Of a stretch of 64,000 nt of DNA, positions 36,441 through 49,089 are shown in pieces. Both the position numbers and the translations under genes were made by a program. Positions within the stretch are counted from its first letter, which is position 1, and every line of letters begins with the position of its first letter. The notes beneath the pieces are model-generated. The model saw only the letters and a program-made list of their open reading frames with translations. It ran no database searches and was not told the origin of the DNA. Origin of the DNA: Octopus vulgaris (Eukaryota); NCBI GenBank assembly GCA_951406725.2, contig OX597843.1, positions 14,942,001-15,006,000 of the forward strand, written 5' to 3'.

Positions 36441-36838
36441 AGGCGCAGGAGTGGCTGTGTGGTAAGTAGCTTGCTAACCAACCACATGGTTCCGGGTTCA
36501 GTCCCACTGCGTGGCATCTTGGGCAAGTGTCTTCTGCTATAGCCTCGGGCCGACCAAAGCCTTGTGAGTGGATTTGGTAGACGGAAACTGAAAGAAGCCT
36601 GTCGTATATATATGTGTGTGTGTGTTTGTGTCTGTGTTTGTCCCCCTAGCATTGCTTGACAACTTATGCTGGTGTGTTTACATCACCGTCACTTAACGGT
36701 TCGGCAAAAGAGACCGATAGAATAAGTACTGGGCTTACAAAAAAGAATAAGTCCCGTGGTCGATTTGTTTGACTAAAGGCGGTGCTCCAGCATGGCCGCA
36801 GTCAAATGACTGAAACAAGTAAAAGAGTAAAAGAGAGA
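36441..36838 (+). mobile_element. SINE family 1, full length
   Basis: Same head, core and tail as 22525. Other copies at 38112-38548(-), 39362-39791(-), 53019-53405(+), 54611-55048(+), 56462-56853(+), 58225-58610(+) and 61090-61485(+). Confidence 0.88.
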
Positions 36839-37199
36839 GAGTACAGATATAGACATATCTCTATAGACACATATACATATATGTGTATACATGCACATAT
36901 ACATACATATATTTGTATACGGTTGCTGCGTTTTAGAAGGAATACTTTGGTGTGTTTTATGTTTTTGCCTTCAAATATTTCCTTCTTGTCTTGAAAAATA
37001 AATCAACCATTATATGTTGTTGTAAATATTGCATCAAAAACAAATCTTTATCCCTTCCTCATGAAAACTATCTCTCTCTCTCTCTCTCTCTCTCTTAATG
37101 ACTACCATAATTATAATGAGGAGGAGGGAGGCCACATGGGGGCAGGAAGTGTTGTAAAGTAATTCACGTGTATACATTTAATTCCTTAAAAAAAAAATC

Positions 37200-37500
37200 C
37201 TTAAAAATGTTTTAGCCCGAAGGCCGTGGCCATGCTGGAGCACCACCGCTGAATGAGCTACACTAATATGTGAATCCACCTCTGATACGTGGCACTTGAT
37301 CAACAAGGGAGTTCGATGCCACTGCCCGCATCTGTGTCTCCTGTCGTGAGGTAGGTTCATCTGGGACCCCCAACAAGAAGAGATCCAGCTTAGTTTTAAA
37401 GAAGCCCACATCCACACCATGTAAGTCTTTCAGGCATTTAGGGAGGATGTTAAAGAGCTGTGGTCCTCTGAAACCCAAGCTGTTGCAGTATCTGGACCTG
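37200..37500 (-). mobile_element. 3' fragment of a CR1/L2-group LINE
   Basis: NSLGFRGPQLFNILPKCLKDLHGVDVGFFKTKLDLFLLGVPDEP, a typical LINE C-terminal (W/F)N.LP...FK..LD motif. Confidence 0.7.
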
Positions 37501-38336
37501 TATTTTAATTAATATGCATTTAGTCTGACTCTGCTCATAAACCCATATATGGCACCATATCTTATTTTTGATCTTTTATTAGACTGCGGCCATGCTTCAG
37601 CACTGGGTTTAGTCAAGCAAATTGACCCCTGCATTTATTTTTGAAAGCCTGCTACATTGTTATCAGTGTCCTTTTATGAAACTCCTAAATTATAGGGGTG
37701 TCAGCCAACCAACACTGGTTACCAAGTGATGGTGGAAGACAAACACACACACACAAACATCCTTCTATTCTGTCGCAGATTCATCTTGTACCTGACCCCC
37801 TCCACAGGTGCATAAATCATGTCATCTCTGCCTGATCCTTTCCCTCTATAACAGCGTCCCTTATCCCTCCATCTCAACCCCTCTCAGGTCGAGGGTCTCA
37901 TCTTGCAGCTACTTTGTGATGACACTACTGCTGCTGCCACATAAAAAGCACCAGTACACTTTCTTAAGTGGTTGGCATTAGGAAGGGCATCTAGCAGTAG
38001 AACCCATGCCAAAGCAGACTATGGAACCTGGTTGAGCACTCTTGCTCATCTGTTCTTGTCAAACCATCCCAGCATGGAAGAGGAGGACATTAAATAAGGA
38101 TGAGGATGATATACTCTTTACTCTTTTACTTGTTTCAGTCATTTGACTGCGGCCATGCTGGAGCCCCGCCTTTAGTCGAGCAAATCGACCCCAGGACTTA
38201 TTCTTTGTAAGCCCAGTACTTATTCTATCGGTCTCTTTTGCCGAACCGCTAAGTTACAGGGACATAAACACACCAGCATCGGTTGTCAAGCAATGCTAGG
38301 GGGACAAACACAGACACACAAACACATACACACACA

Positions 38337-38386
<50 letters not shown>

Positions 38387-38749
38387 CGACAGGCTTCTTT
38401 CAGTTTCCGTCTACCAAATCCACTCACAAGGCATTGGTCGGCCCGGGGCTATAGCAGAAGACACTTGCCCAAGGTGTCACGCAGTGGGAATGAACCCGGA
38501 ACCATGTGGTTGGTTAGTAAGCTACTTACCACACACCCACTCCTGCATCTATGGTGGGCTTCTTTTAGTTTCCATCTATCAAATCCACTCACAAGGCTTT
38601 GGTTGGCCCAGAGCTATTGTAGGAGATGCACATCCAAGATGCCATGCAGTGGGACTGAACTCACAACCATGTGGATGGGACACCAACTCGTTTACCACAC
38701 AGCCACATTTTGTTTATAGGACGCTCCTCCCTTCAGTTACCTGTAATGT

Positions 38750-39140
38750 TAAGTTAATTTTTTTTGGCTCAAAAAGCAAAAAGCAAGGCCATGTAGGGGG
38801 ACATGGAGTTATGTACAGTTAGGGTGTTCATGTAAAGAGTTCAGGCCATTTGTGGTCAAGGGAGACTTTGAACCGAGCGGTCGTCGGCATCTTCACTATC
38901 TCGTCCGGCAGCTTATTCCACGGATCTGCAATCCGGACGGAGAAAGCTCCTCTCCTTCGACTGAGATGAAATCGTCGCAGATAGAGCTTTTCGGAGTGAC
39001 CCCGCAGCTGACACTCTGGAGCAAGAGTGAAGAACAGCTCTTTCGAGAGGTTACACTTTCCGCTTATGATGTTGTGAGCAAGAACGAGATCTCCACGGCA
39101 TCATTATTTTTCTAGAGAATAAAGGCCGAGCGTCTTAAGG
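38750..39140 (-). mobile_element. 3' fragment of a CR1-like LINE
   Basis: Minus strand RGHSEKLYLRRFHLSRRRGAFSVRIADPWNKLPDEIVKMPTTARFKVSLDHKW. Paralogs at 41104-41430 and 42481-42878, the latter with a (TAAC)n tail. Confidence 0.8.
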
Positions 39141-40373
39141 CTTTCTTCATAAGACAAATGTCTTACTATTTTCAGCATCTCATTGGGGTTTAATAGGAAA
39201 GAACTGAGAGACTTTGGATAAGAAATCCCAGTGTCCTCACACTGAAGCCCTTAACATAGATTACAGGTAATCCTTCTTATATTATACAGAAGGGCCCCAG
39301 TGACATAGCATAGATTTTTACAAACCTGCACAGGGGCAAAAATTAGCCACCTTCTTTACCTTTACTCTTTTACTCTTTTACTTGTTTCAGTCATTTGACT
39401 GTGGCCATGCTGGAGCACCATCTTTAATCGAGCAACTCGACCCCGGGACTTATTCTTTTTGTAAGCCCAGTACTTATTCTATCAGTATCTTTTTGCCGAA
39501 CCGCTAAGTAACGGGGACATAAACACACCAGCATCGGTTGTCAAGCAATGCTAGGGGGACAAACAGACACACAAACATGCACACACACAAATACACACAT
39601 ATATATATATATATATATACATATATACGACGGGCTTCTTTCAGTTTCCGTCTACCAAATCCACTCACAAGGCATTGGTCGGCCCGGGGCTATAGCAGAA
39701 GACACTTGCCCAAGGTGCCATGCAGTGGGACTGAACCCGGAACCATGTGGTTGGTAAGCAAGCTACTTACCACACAGCCACTCCTGCGCCTATATAGTCA
39801 TCATTTTATATCCATTTCCCATGTTTTTACATTGTGACTTTGCCCCCTCCCCCACTTCCTAGGCTACTTTTCTTTGGCTGTTTCTACAACTGGATGCCCT
39901 TCCTAACACCAACCACTCCATGATTATAGTGGGTGCTTTTTACGTGCCAGACGAGGCTGGCAAAGGCTACGATCGGATGGTGCTTTTTATATATCTATAT
40001 ATATAAATATATATATATGTATGTGTGTGTGTTTGTGAGTCTGCATTTGTCCCCACCGCAATCACTTGACAACTGATACTGGTGTGTTTACGTCCCCGTC
40101 ACTTAGTGGTTCAGCAAAAGAGACCGATAGAATAAGTACTAGGCTTACAAAGAATAAGTCCTGGGGTCGATTTCTTCAACTAAAGGTGGTGCTCCAGCTT
40201 GGCCGTAGTCAGATGACTGAAAGAAGGAGTAATATATATATATTTATGTGTGTGTGTTCATGTATGTTTCTGTATATGTGTGTGTGTATGTATATGTGTA
40301 TAGATAGATAAATATATTTGCATGCGTGTTTGTTTGTGTGTGTGTGTGTATATATATGTATATGTGTGTGTGT

Positions 40374-40660
40374 GGAGGCGCAATGGCCCAGTGGTTAGGG
40401 CAGCGGACTTGCAGTCGTAGAATCGCGGTTTCGATTCCCAGACCGGGCGTTGTGAGTGTTTATTGAGCGAAAACACCTTTAAGATCCACGAGGCTCAGGC
40501 AGGGGGTGGTGATCCCTGCTGTACTCTTTCACCACAACTTTCTCTCTCTCTTTCTTCTGTTGGCCTGCTCGCTTAGCCAGCGGGGTGGCTTCATTCGAAG
40601 GCTAAAACAATGCAAATTCATTGTGACCAGTGACATCTGATGGTGTGGTCGGTCACGTGA
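40374..40660 (+). mobile_element. tRNA-derived SINE (family 4)
   Basis: GGAGGCGCAATGGCCCAGTGGTTAGGGCAG...GGTTTCGATTCCC head. The body is shared with a minus-strand fragment at about 52363-52482. Confidence 0.75.
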
Positions 40661-41103
40661 TATATATATATATATATATACATATACACACATATATATA
40701 CACACACACATGCATACCACATTTTTCTCTTGCATTCGTCCATTTCCTTTTTTACCTTTCTGTATTTCTGTTATCCTCCTCCTCCTCCTCCTATCCATTA
40801 CCTGTGAGTCTTCCATGCCTTCAACACCTCAACACAAACCAATGACAGCCAATCAACAGTGGATGCAACCTCTCTTCGTGTTTTCCTCCGTCTGTCTTTG
40901 TTTCCACTTCTTCCCCTCCATCGTATCGTTGTCCCATCTCCATCGGCATTCAGACATTTGTTTTGTTTTTTTGTGTATGTGGGGGTTCTTTTTTCATAAG
41001 TGCATAAATATATCTCACTTTACAACCATGTGGTTCCACATTCAGTGCCACTCTGCAGTACCTTGGGTAAATGTCTCCTACTATAGACCTGGGTTGACAC
41101 ATA

Positions 41104-41430
41104 GTTAAGTTAATTTTTTGGCTCAAAAAGCAAAAAGCAAGTAGGGGGACATGGAGTTATGTACAGGGAGGGTGTTCATGCAAAGAGTTCAGGCCATTTC
41201 TGGTCAAGAGAGACTTTGAACCGAGCGGTTGTCGGCATCTTCACTATCTTGTCCGGCAGCTTATTCCACGGATCTGCAACCCGGACGGAGAAAGCCCCTC
41301 TCCTTCGATTGAGATGAAATCGTCGCAGATAGAGCTTTTCGGAGTGACCCCGCACCCAACGCTCTGGAGCAGGAGTGAAGAACAGCTCTTTCGAGAGGTT
41401 ACACTTTCCGCTTATGATGTTGTGAGCGAA
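41104..41430 (-). mobile_element. 3' fragment of a CR1-like LINE
   Basis: ORF 41176-41502 ends RGHSEKLYLRRFHLNRRRGAFSVRVADPWNKLPDKIVKMPTTARFKVSLDQKWPELFA. Confidence 0.8.
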
Positions 41431-41478
41431 AACTGTATGGAAGTCTATCATGTATGTGTGTGTGTGTGTGTGTGTGTA

Positions 41479-43218
41479 GGGTTGGCTAAAAAGTCTGTTC
41501 ATTTTTTGTTGATACTAAACTTGAAACGCTCTGCTCAGTGGCCAACTTCTGTCTGTCCTATCCATATGCTTTGGTTACTTGACATTTCAATGTAGTCCAA
41601 CACGAACATCCGACAAGATAGGTATTTTGTGTGCTTGGGGTCAGCCTGAAAATGGAGAACCAAAACAAATATTATTGATACCTCATGCTTTTTTTATTTT
41701 AAAAAATGGCAAGAAGATAGCAGAAACCTGCAGGAAGATTTGTGCTGTGTGTGCCGGTGGCACGTAAAAAGCACCATCCGATCGTGGCCGTTTGCCAGCC
41801 TCGTCTGGCACCTGTGCCGGTGGCACGTAAAAAGCACCCACTACACTCACGGAGTGGTTGGCGTTAGGAAGGGCATCCAGCCATGGAAACATTGCCAGAT
41901 CAGACTGGGCCCGGTGCAGCCTTCTGGCTTCCCAGACCCCAGTTGAACCGTCCAACCCATGCCAGCATGGAAGGCGGACGCTAAACGATGATGATGATGA
42001 TGATGATGTGTGTGCCAGAAATGGTGTTTAAAGAATTTGATTGGGTAAGTTTCTGGTTCAAAATGCACCTCACTCTGAAATCCAACTGAGATTAGCAACA
42101 ACAAAATGAAGGAGCAAGTCAAGACCAATCCGTGTTCTACAACCAGGATAATCGCAGACATTCTCCAAATCTCCAATGTCTTCCAATTGGTTATGTCAGC
42201 AGGTGCAATGTTTCTGTTCCAGAGCATTTGAATGGAGCTAAACTCAACCAGTGGTTTTCCATTTGCAGTTTGTTGCAAAAATGGTAAGGAAACAATCCTT
42301 TTTCCGTAGAGAATGGTGACAGGGAATGAACAATGGAAATTGTCTATAAAAATGTGAATCGCAAACTATCATCAAAGAAGTGTGAAGAACCACCACAAAC
42401 AACCTCTTAAGCAGGAGTTCACTGAAGAAGGTTAAGCTTTCAGCTGATGGGGTTGGAAGGGTGTTGTCTGTTACAAGCTTTTAGTTAGTTAGTTAGTTAA
42501 TTTTTTGGCTCAGAAAGCAAAGAGCAAGGCCATGTAGGGGGACATGGAGTTATGTATAGGGTGGTGTTCATGCAAAGAGTTCAGGCCACTTGTGGTCAAG
42601 AGAGACTTTGAACCGAGCGGTCGTCGGCATCTTCACTATCTCTTCCGGCAGCTTATTCCACGGATCCGCAACCCGGACAGAGAAAGCCCCTTTCCTTCAA
42701 TTGAGATGAAATCGTCGCAGATAGAGCTTTTCAGAGTGACCCCACAGCCAATGCACTGGAGCAGGAATGAAGAACAGCTCTTTCGAGAGGTTACATTTTC
42801 CGCTTATGATGTTGTGAGCAAGAATGAGATCACCACGGCGTCGTCGTTTCTCTAGAGAATAAAGGTCGAGCATCTTCAGCCTAACTAATTAACATGCAGC
42901 AGAAATTCCTGGGGTTTGCTGCGAAATTCAGCCCTACCCTCCATAGCCACCTGACCTTGCACCTTCAGGTTTCCACCTGTTTCACTCTCTTCAAAATTCA
43001 TTGACTGACCTTCAACTCCGAAGACGATGTAAACATTCACCTGGAAGAGTATTTTCGACAGTAAAGACAGGAAAATTCTTTGGGCAAGGAATAATGAAGA
43101 TGGCAGAAGATACTGGAACTGCACGGCAATTATACCATTGGCCGAATAAATCACTTTGCCCTTGAAACTTGTGTCTTATTTTCTCTTAAAAACTGAGCAG
43201 ACATTTTGGCCAACCCAA
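41479..43218 (+). mobile_element. Decayed mariner transposon with two nested insertions
   Basis: TIRs GGGTTGGCTAAAAAGTCTGTTCA / TGAGCAGACATTTTGGCCAACCC near TA. ATG at 41652 (MENQNK...KIAETCRKICAV); remnants RMVTGNEQW, GWKGVVCYKLL and YPP*PPDLAPSGFHLFHSLQNSL (YSPDLAPSD-like). Confidence 0.8.
42481..42878 (-). mobile_element. CR1-like LINE 3' fragment nested in the mariner
   Basis: Paralog of 38750-39140, with a (TAAC)n tail at 42481-42500. Confidence 0.8.
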
Positions 43219-46200
43219 TATATACATATGTGTGTGTGTATGTCTTTGTATTTGTGTTGGCACCCTATCACTGCCACCATACCTTGTTGGTTTGTTTATA
43301 TCCTTGGCAGCAGTTCCATGCAAGAAACCAATAGAATAAGAATGAAACTTTAAAAAAAAATAAGTGTTGGCATTGATCTATTCCTCTCCCTTTCGAGATG
43401 CTCCAGCATGGCCACAGTCAAATGATTAAAACAAGTAAAAGATTGAAAATAAGTAGTGTGTAACATATATTACATATTATATTTTTAGTGCAATATATTG
43501 ATTCCTAGAATGACATGGCTTTCACAGAAAGCTCTTCTTGTGAACCTGGCTATCAGACAACACAAATCCCATACAAACAAATATAATGCAGAGTTCCATG
43601 CAGCTGACATCCAGAAGATTTGATCAATTACATGAACTATAAAAAAGTCAAGAAGTATGAGAGGTGAATATATGTATGTAATTATTTGTCATTGTTAGGA
43701 TTACAGCTGTTTCGCAGCCTTCATCGTGTAATAATATTTCAGTGTATAATAAACAATGTTTTCACTAATATGCATGCTACACATTGAACAATCTGTGCAG
43801 ATAATGAAAGCCAGGACTAATTTGTAAATACACAGTTATCTTGTCTAATGTGTTGCAGATGTGTAAACAATTTATTATATGCTGAAATTATTATTACATG
43901 ATGAAGGTTGCGAAACAGCTGTAATCTTAAGGATGACAAGTGATTGAATATATCCACCTCACATACCTCCTGACTTTTAATTGTTTATGATATATCGCTT
44001 TTCTTTTTTTTTTCCTAGCTTTTTACTTGTTTCACTTATTAGACTGTGACCATGCTGGAGCACCACTTTGAAGAATCTTTAGTTGAATGTATTGACCCCA
44101 GTTCTTTTCCTTTTGTTAAACCTGGTACTTATTCTGTCCCTTTTACCAAAATGCTAAGTTATAAGGACATAAACACACCAACACTGGTTGTCAAGCGGTG
44201 ATGGGGGACAAGCACACACACACACGAAGGGCTTCTTTCAGTTTCCATCTGTGAAATCCACTCATGAGTCTTTGGTTGGCCCAAGGCTCTAGTAGAAAAA
44301 ATAAACTTGCCCAAGGTGCCATGCAGTGGGACTGAACCCAGAACCATTTGGTTGGGAAGCAAGCTTCTTACCACACAGCCACACTTATATTATGTAATAT
44401 ACAATTGTCAAAAAGAGTCCGTCCAAATTGAGGGTGGGTGGTCACGCTAAAAAAAGTTACTGATTTTTGATGCTTGCGTTGTTTTTGTTATCTTTATTGT
44501 TATTGTTTTAGCCCCAGTTCAGCCCTGACTCCCAGGACTATATTTAAAGGGGTTCCAGCAGACCTATGATCATAGACATTCCAGTTGTGACCATCCTGTC
44601 TTTTATTCAGACATAATGCATCTAAGGACTACATAATGCTTCCTTGTTGTTTAACCACTGGTTAGTCTTGCTTCAGGAGACCTGTGGTCATAGACATTCC
44701 AGTTGTGACCATCCTGTCTTTTATTCAGACATAATGTATCTACGGCTACATTATTGAATGTGTCCTCTTGTTGTTTAGCCCTAGGTCAGTTCTGTTCTAG
44801 CAGAACTGTGATCAGAGACACACCAACATTGACCATCTTGCCTTGGTGTATCTAAGCTTACATCCCAGTGTATCCAACCAATTTCTAAACCATGAGGTGT
44901 TATTTAATGGAGATTTGGCTGCTATTTCTAGCTGATTAACTTTCCATGTAGAGGCTTCTTCACTGACTCATTAGTTCTTAACACTAATGAGTCATGTCAA
45001 CTTCTTGTGTGTCATGTTAAAGTTAGTAATAAGGCACTTGCTAATTAGTAATGTTGTTAATTAACCAAGAATGTCATGAATTTAGTGGTTGTTTGGAGAG
45101 TCACTTAATAGGTTGTTGGAATCACAATAAGAGGTGTTGGAGTCATGATGAGTGTGCTGGAGTCATGGTCGAGGGGAGAAGGTGGTAGTTTTGTGAGTCA
45201 CAATATGGTTCACTAACACTTATATTGTCAAGACTCGAGTTGATGAGTCACAAGAGTCAAGTCAGTGGTGATTTTAGTGGTTAAGGGGGAGTCAGGTGTT
45301 AGAATTGGCTCACAGCATACTGAATTTTCAAATAGGGGGTGCTGAGAGGGGGTGGGTAATTTGAGATGATGATGTTGTCAGAACGGGGTATGGAGAGATG
45401 GGAATGCTGTGAGATATGGTGGTATGAAGTGGGGGTTTAGTGAGAAGGGGGTACTGTGAGATGGGGGTACTGCCAAAATATTGCTGCCTTATGTTTGTTT
45501 TTCTTTTTCTTAGGAGAAAACTTGAGCGTGAATTGAGAAGCCTGAGATGGAGACGTTTAGCAGTAAGTTAGTCTCTCTCTCTATATATATATATATATAT
45601 GTCACGGTTAACTGAGCACTCAAACACACACACATATATATATATATTGTCATACATTCATACACACCCTCACATAAAGTTGTATATGTGCACTTACACA
45701 CACACACACACACACTACACCCACTCATATATTTGTGTGTGTGTGTATTCACTTGTGTGTGTGCACGTGCACACGCATATATGCACTCACTCACATAAAT
45801 ATATTCACTCTTGCACATGCACGCACACACATGTTGTCGTTCACTTATACACATCCTCAAATAATATTATATATAAATATGCACTTGCATGTACACACAC
45901 ATATATACTTACACACACGTACACATATACAAAGAATGGTCGAGAAAGCCAGAGCTTTTCAGTTGTGAAAATATTAAATAACTATAAAGAGTAAACTCAT
46001 CCCTTATAACGTTTGAAAACCTGATATTTTGGGTTAAAATGCCCTTTGTTGGTGTCGGAGTGCATGGCTAAGTTTATGGCAGCTTCAAGCCATAGACACA
46101 TATCTGTGTTCCCACACACATGTATACATACACATATATACATATATATTTTGTGTGTGTGTTTGTGTGCATATGTGTGTGTGTGTATATATATATATAT

Positions 46201-47209
46201 ACACACACACATATATGTGTCTGTTTATGTGTATGTGTGTGTATATATGTATATATATATATATGTATGTGAGAAAAATATATACAATACTTCTAGTCAT
46301 ATTCATTTGTACCTTGCCTACCTGCATTCACACACACACACACACGTGTAGTCACACATCTGTACATGCATGCACACACAATCCTATTTAGGTAGTCATA
46401 TGTATTTATATATATATATACACACACATACATAAACGTACATATACATACATACAAGCATACATGCATATATATATATATATATGCCTGTATGTTTGTC
46501 TGTGCATGTGTAAGCTGTGTTGCACACCCCTGTACACCCATATCCCTGCACTTGTTTCTTATCCTTTTTCTCCCCTGTTTCCTACGCCTCCATCCCTGCC
46601 CCCCCCCCTCCCTCACAACCTGTCTTCGTGTTGTGGAAGTCAATGTGATGGTTGTTCAGTCTGCTAGAAACAGCAGCCAAATCTCCCTTATATCACACTC
46701 TGCCATATTAAAAAGCAAAGGGGTGGTGCAGGCGCATTGAATTGCGTAGTCCTTGATGCACTATGACAGGAAGAAAATGGCAACAGCAATAAGGGCCTCT
46801 TTATGTATCTACGGCTACATTATTGAATGTGTCCTCTTGTTGTTTAGCCCTAGGTCAGTTCTGTTCTAGCAGAACTGTGATCAGAGACACACCAACATTG
46901 ACCATCTTGCCTTGGTGTATCTAAGCTTACATCCCAGTGTATCCAACCAATTTCTAAACCATGAGGTGTTATTTAATGGAGATTTGGCTGCTATTTCTAG
47001 CTGATTAACTTTCCATGTAGAGGCTTCTTCACTGACTCATTAGTATTTGACTTGCTAGAAATAGCAGCCAGACCTCCCTCAAATTACACCTTACTGTCTT
47101 AGGATAAGAATGAAAGTATTGGATAATATGCTATGTCCCGTGGCAGGATGGTTGTTGCTGGATCAGCCTTGATCAGCCTTGGGCTAAACAACAACAGCAC
47201 GCAATAGAC

Positions 47210-47985
47210 ATTGTTTGGCCCTAGGTCAGTCCTGATCCAGTAGACCTATGATCAAAGATGACCAACCTAATTTTTATTCTGGCATAGTGTATCTAGGACT
47301 ACAATTATCTAATGTGTCGTTGTTTAGCCCCAGGTCAGTCCTGATCCAGTAGACCTATGATCAAAGATGTTCCAGCTGTGACCATCCTGTCTTTTATTCT
47401 GGCATAGTGTATCTAGGACTACATTATCAAATGTGTCCTTCTTTGTCATTGTTGTTTAGCCCTAGGTCAGTCCTGATCCAGCAAACCTATGATCAAAGAT
47501 GTTCCAGTGGTGACCATCCTGCCTTTCATTCTGGCATAGTGTATTTAGGACTACATTATCAAATGTGTCCTTGTTTTTTAGCCCTAGGTCAATCCTGATC
47601 CAGTAGACCTAAGATCAAAGATGTTCCACCTGTGACCATCCCGTCTTTTATTCTGGCATAGTGTATCTAGGACTACAATTATCTAATGTGTCCTTGTTGT
47701 TTAGCCCTAGGTTAGTCCTGATCCAGTAGACCTATGATCAAAGATATTCCAGTGGTGATCATCCTATCTTTAATTCAAGCATAGTGTATCTAGGACTACA
47801 ATTATCTAATGTGTCTTGCATCATTGCTGTTGTTGTTTAGCCCAGGGTCATTCTTGATCAGGCAGTCCACATTCAGCAGATCAAAGATGACCGGGCTATT
47901 TTTTATTGAGACATGGTGTATCTTGGACTCCATCATTTAATGTGTCCTCATTGTTTAACTCCAGGCTAGCCCTGATCAAGCACAC
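47210..47985. repeat. Minisatellite, ~110-130-bp unit, about 6 copies (related units at 44500-44870)
   Basis: gtttagccctaggtcagtcctgatccagtagacctatgatcaaagatgttcc...tagtgtatctaggactaca repeated head to tail. Confidence 0.88.
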
Positions 47986-48952
47986 AGACTTACCTGAAGG
48001 TGGGTGGAATCAATCTATTGTATATCCTTCCTTTTGTGTGGAGAGATTTGGCTTCTGTTTTTAGCATGTTAAATAACCATATAAAGATTCTGTCATTTGG
48101 TAGGGGGCACTTCTCCAGCATGCAAAGCTAAATAAAGGGGTTATTTAAGGGGACAGCGGAACAATTGTGGAGTCTTTATTTAACTGGTTCATTGCAATCA
48201 AAGGCCTTTCCAACCATGACTTGCACTACATTTTCTTACATGTCCTTTATTTTTAAGATTTGGAATAGATTTGGCTGATGTTTCTAGCACATTGAACAAG
48301 CAGTTAGAGGTTACTCACATAGCTTTGGTTGTGTGTGTGTGTGTGACAGTGGTGATGGGAAGGGGTATATACTATGGATACAGTAATGGTGATGATGATG
48401 AGGGAAGTGGTGGGTATGATGGTATGCCACTGATGGTTGTTGTCATTCAGCCATGATCCAGCTGACCTATAATCAAAACCACTCCAGCCATGACTATCCA
48501 GCCTTTTACCTACATGCAGGTTATCCAGGACTATATTAACAAGTGTCCTTAGTTCTAAGATATCAGGATGTGATTTGAGGGAGATTTGGCTGCTATTTCT
48601 TCCATGTCTGACTACCATGTAGAGGTCTCTCTCTAATTAGCTCATACATAAGACTGTAGGGTGTGATTTGAGGGAGATTTGGCTGCTATTTCTACAAGTC
48701 TCACAATGGCCTTCTTTCTGTTATCAGCTCAAAATAAACTTTGTTGTTGTCAGTGTTCACTTCCTCCCCCCCCCCACCCATTTCATTGTTGATCAGCCCT
48801 GTAATGAAAGATGTTCCAGCTGTGACCATCACCTATTGTGCTTTTATACATCATTTAAGTCATACAGTTCTATATTTAAGAGATGAGGAATTATGTACGA
48901 TATTTACATTATTTACAATAGACGGATATTTGTCCTCGTCTTGTTTGTTGTT

Positions 48953-49002
48953 AACACAATGTTTCGGCTGATATACCTACCCTCCAGCCATCATCAGGTG
49001 TC
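48953..49002 (-). ncRNA. Minimal hammerhead ribozyme C (mirror copy, stem III mismatch)
   Basis: GACAC-CUGAUGA-U-GGCUG..CAGCC-GAAA-C-AUU-GUGUU on the minus strand. Confidence 0.5.
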
Positions 49003-49043
49003 TTGGGGAAATTTTGAACAACCCAGGTTCAAAATTTCCCCAA

Positions 49044-49089
49044 GACACCTGATGAAGGCTGGAAGGTATATCAGCCGAAACGTTGTGTT
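49044..49089 (+). ncRNA. Minimal type I hammerhead ribozyme C
   Basis: GACAC-CUGAUGA(49049-49055)-A-GGCUG gaagguauau CAGCC-GAAA-C-GUU-GUGUU. The loopless palindromic stem III (ACGU) implies a dimeric form. Lies in fold-back 48905-49136. Confidence 0.7.

Noticed and set aside
40374-40450. tRNA gene
   Set aside because: A and B boxes are present but there is no acceptor-stem pairing, and it continues into a SINE body.
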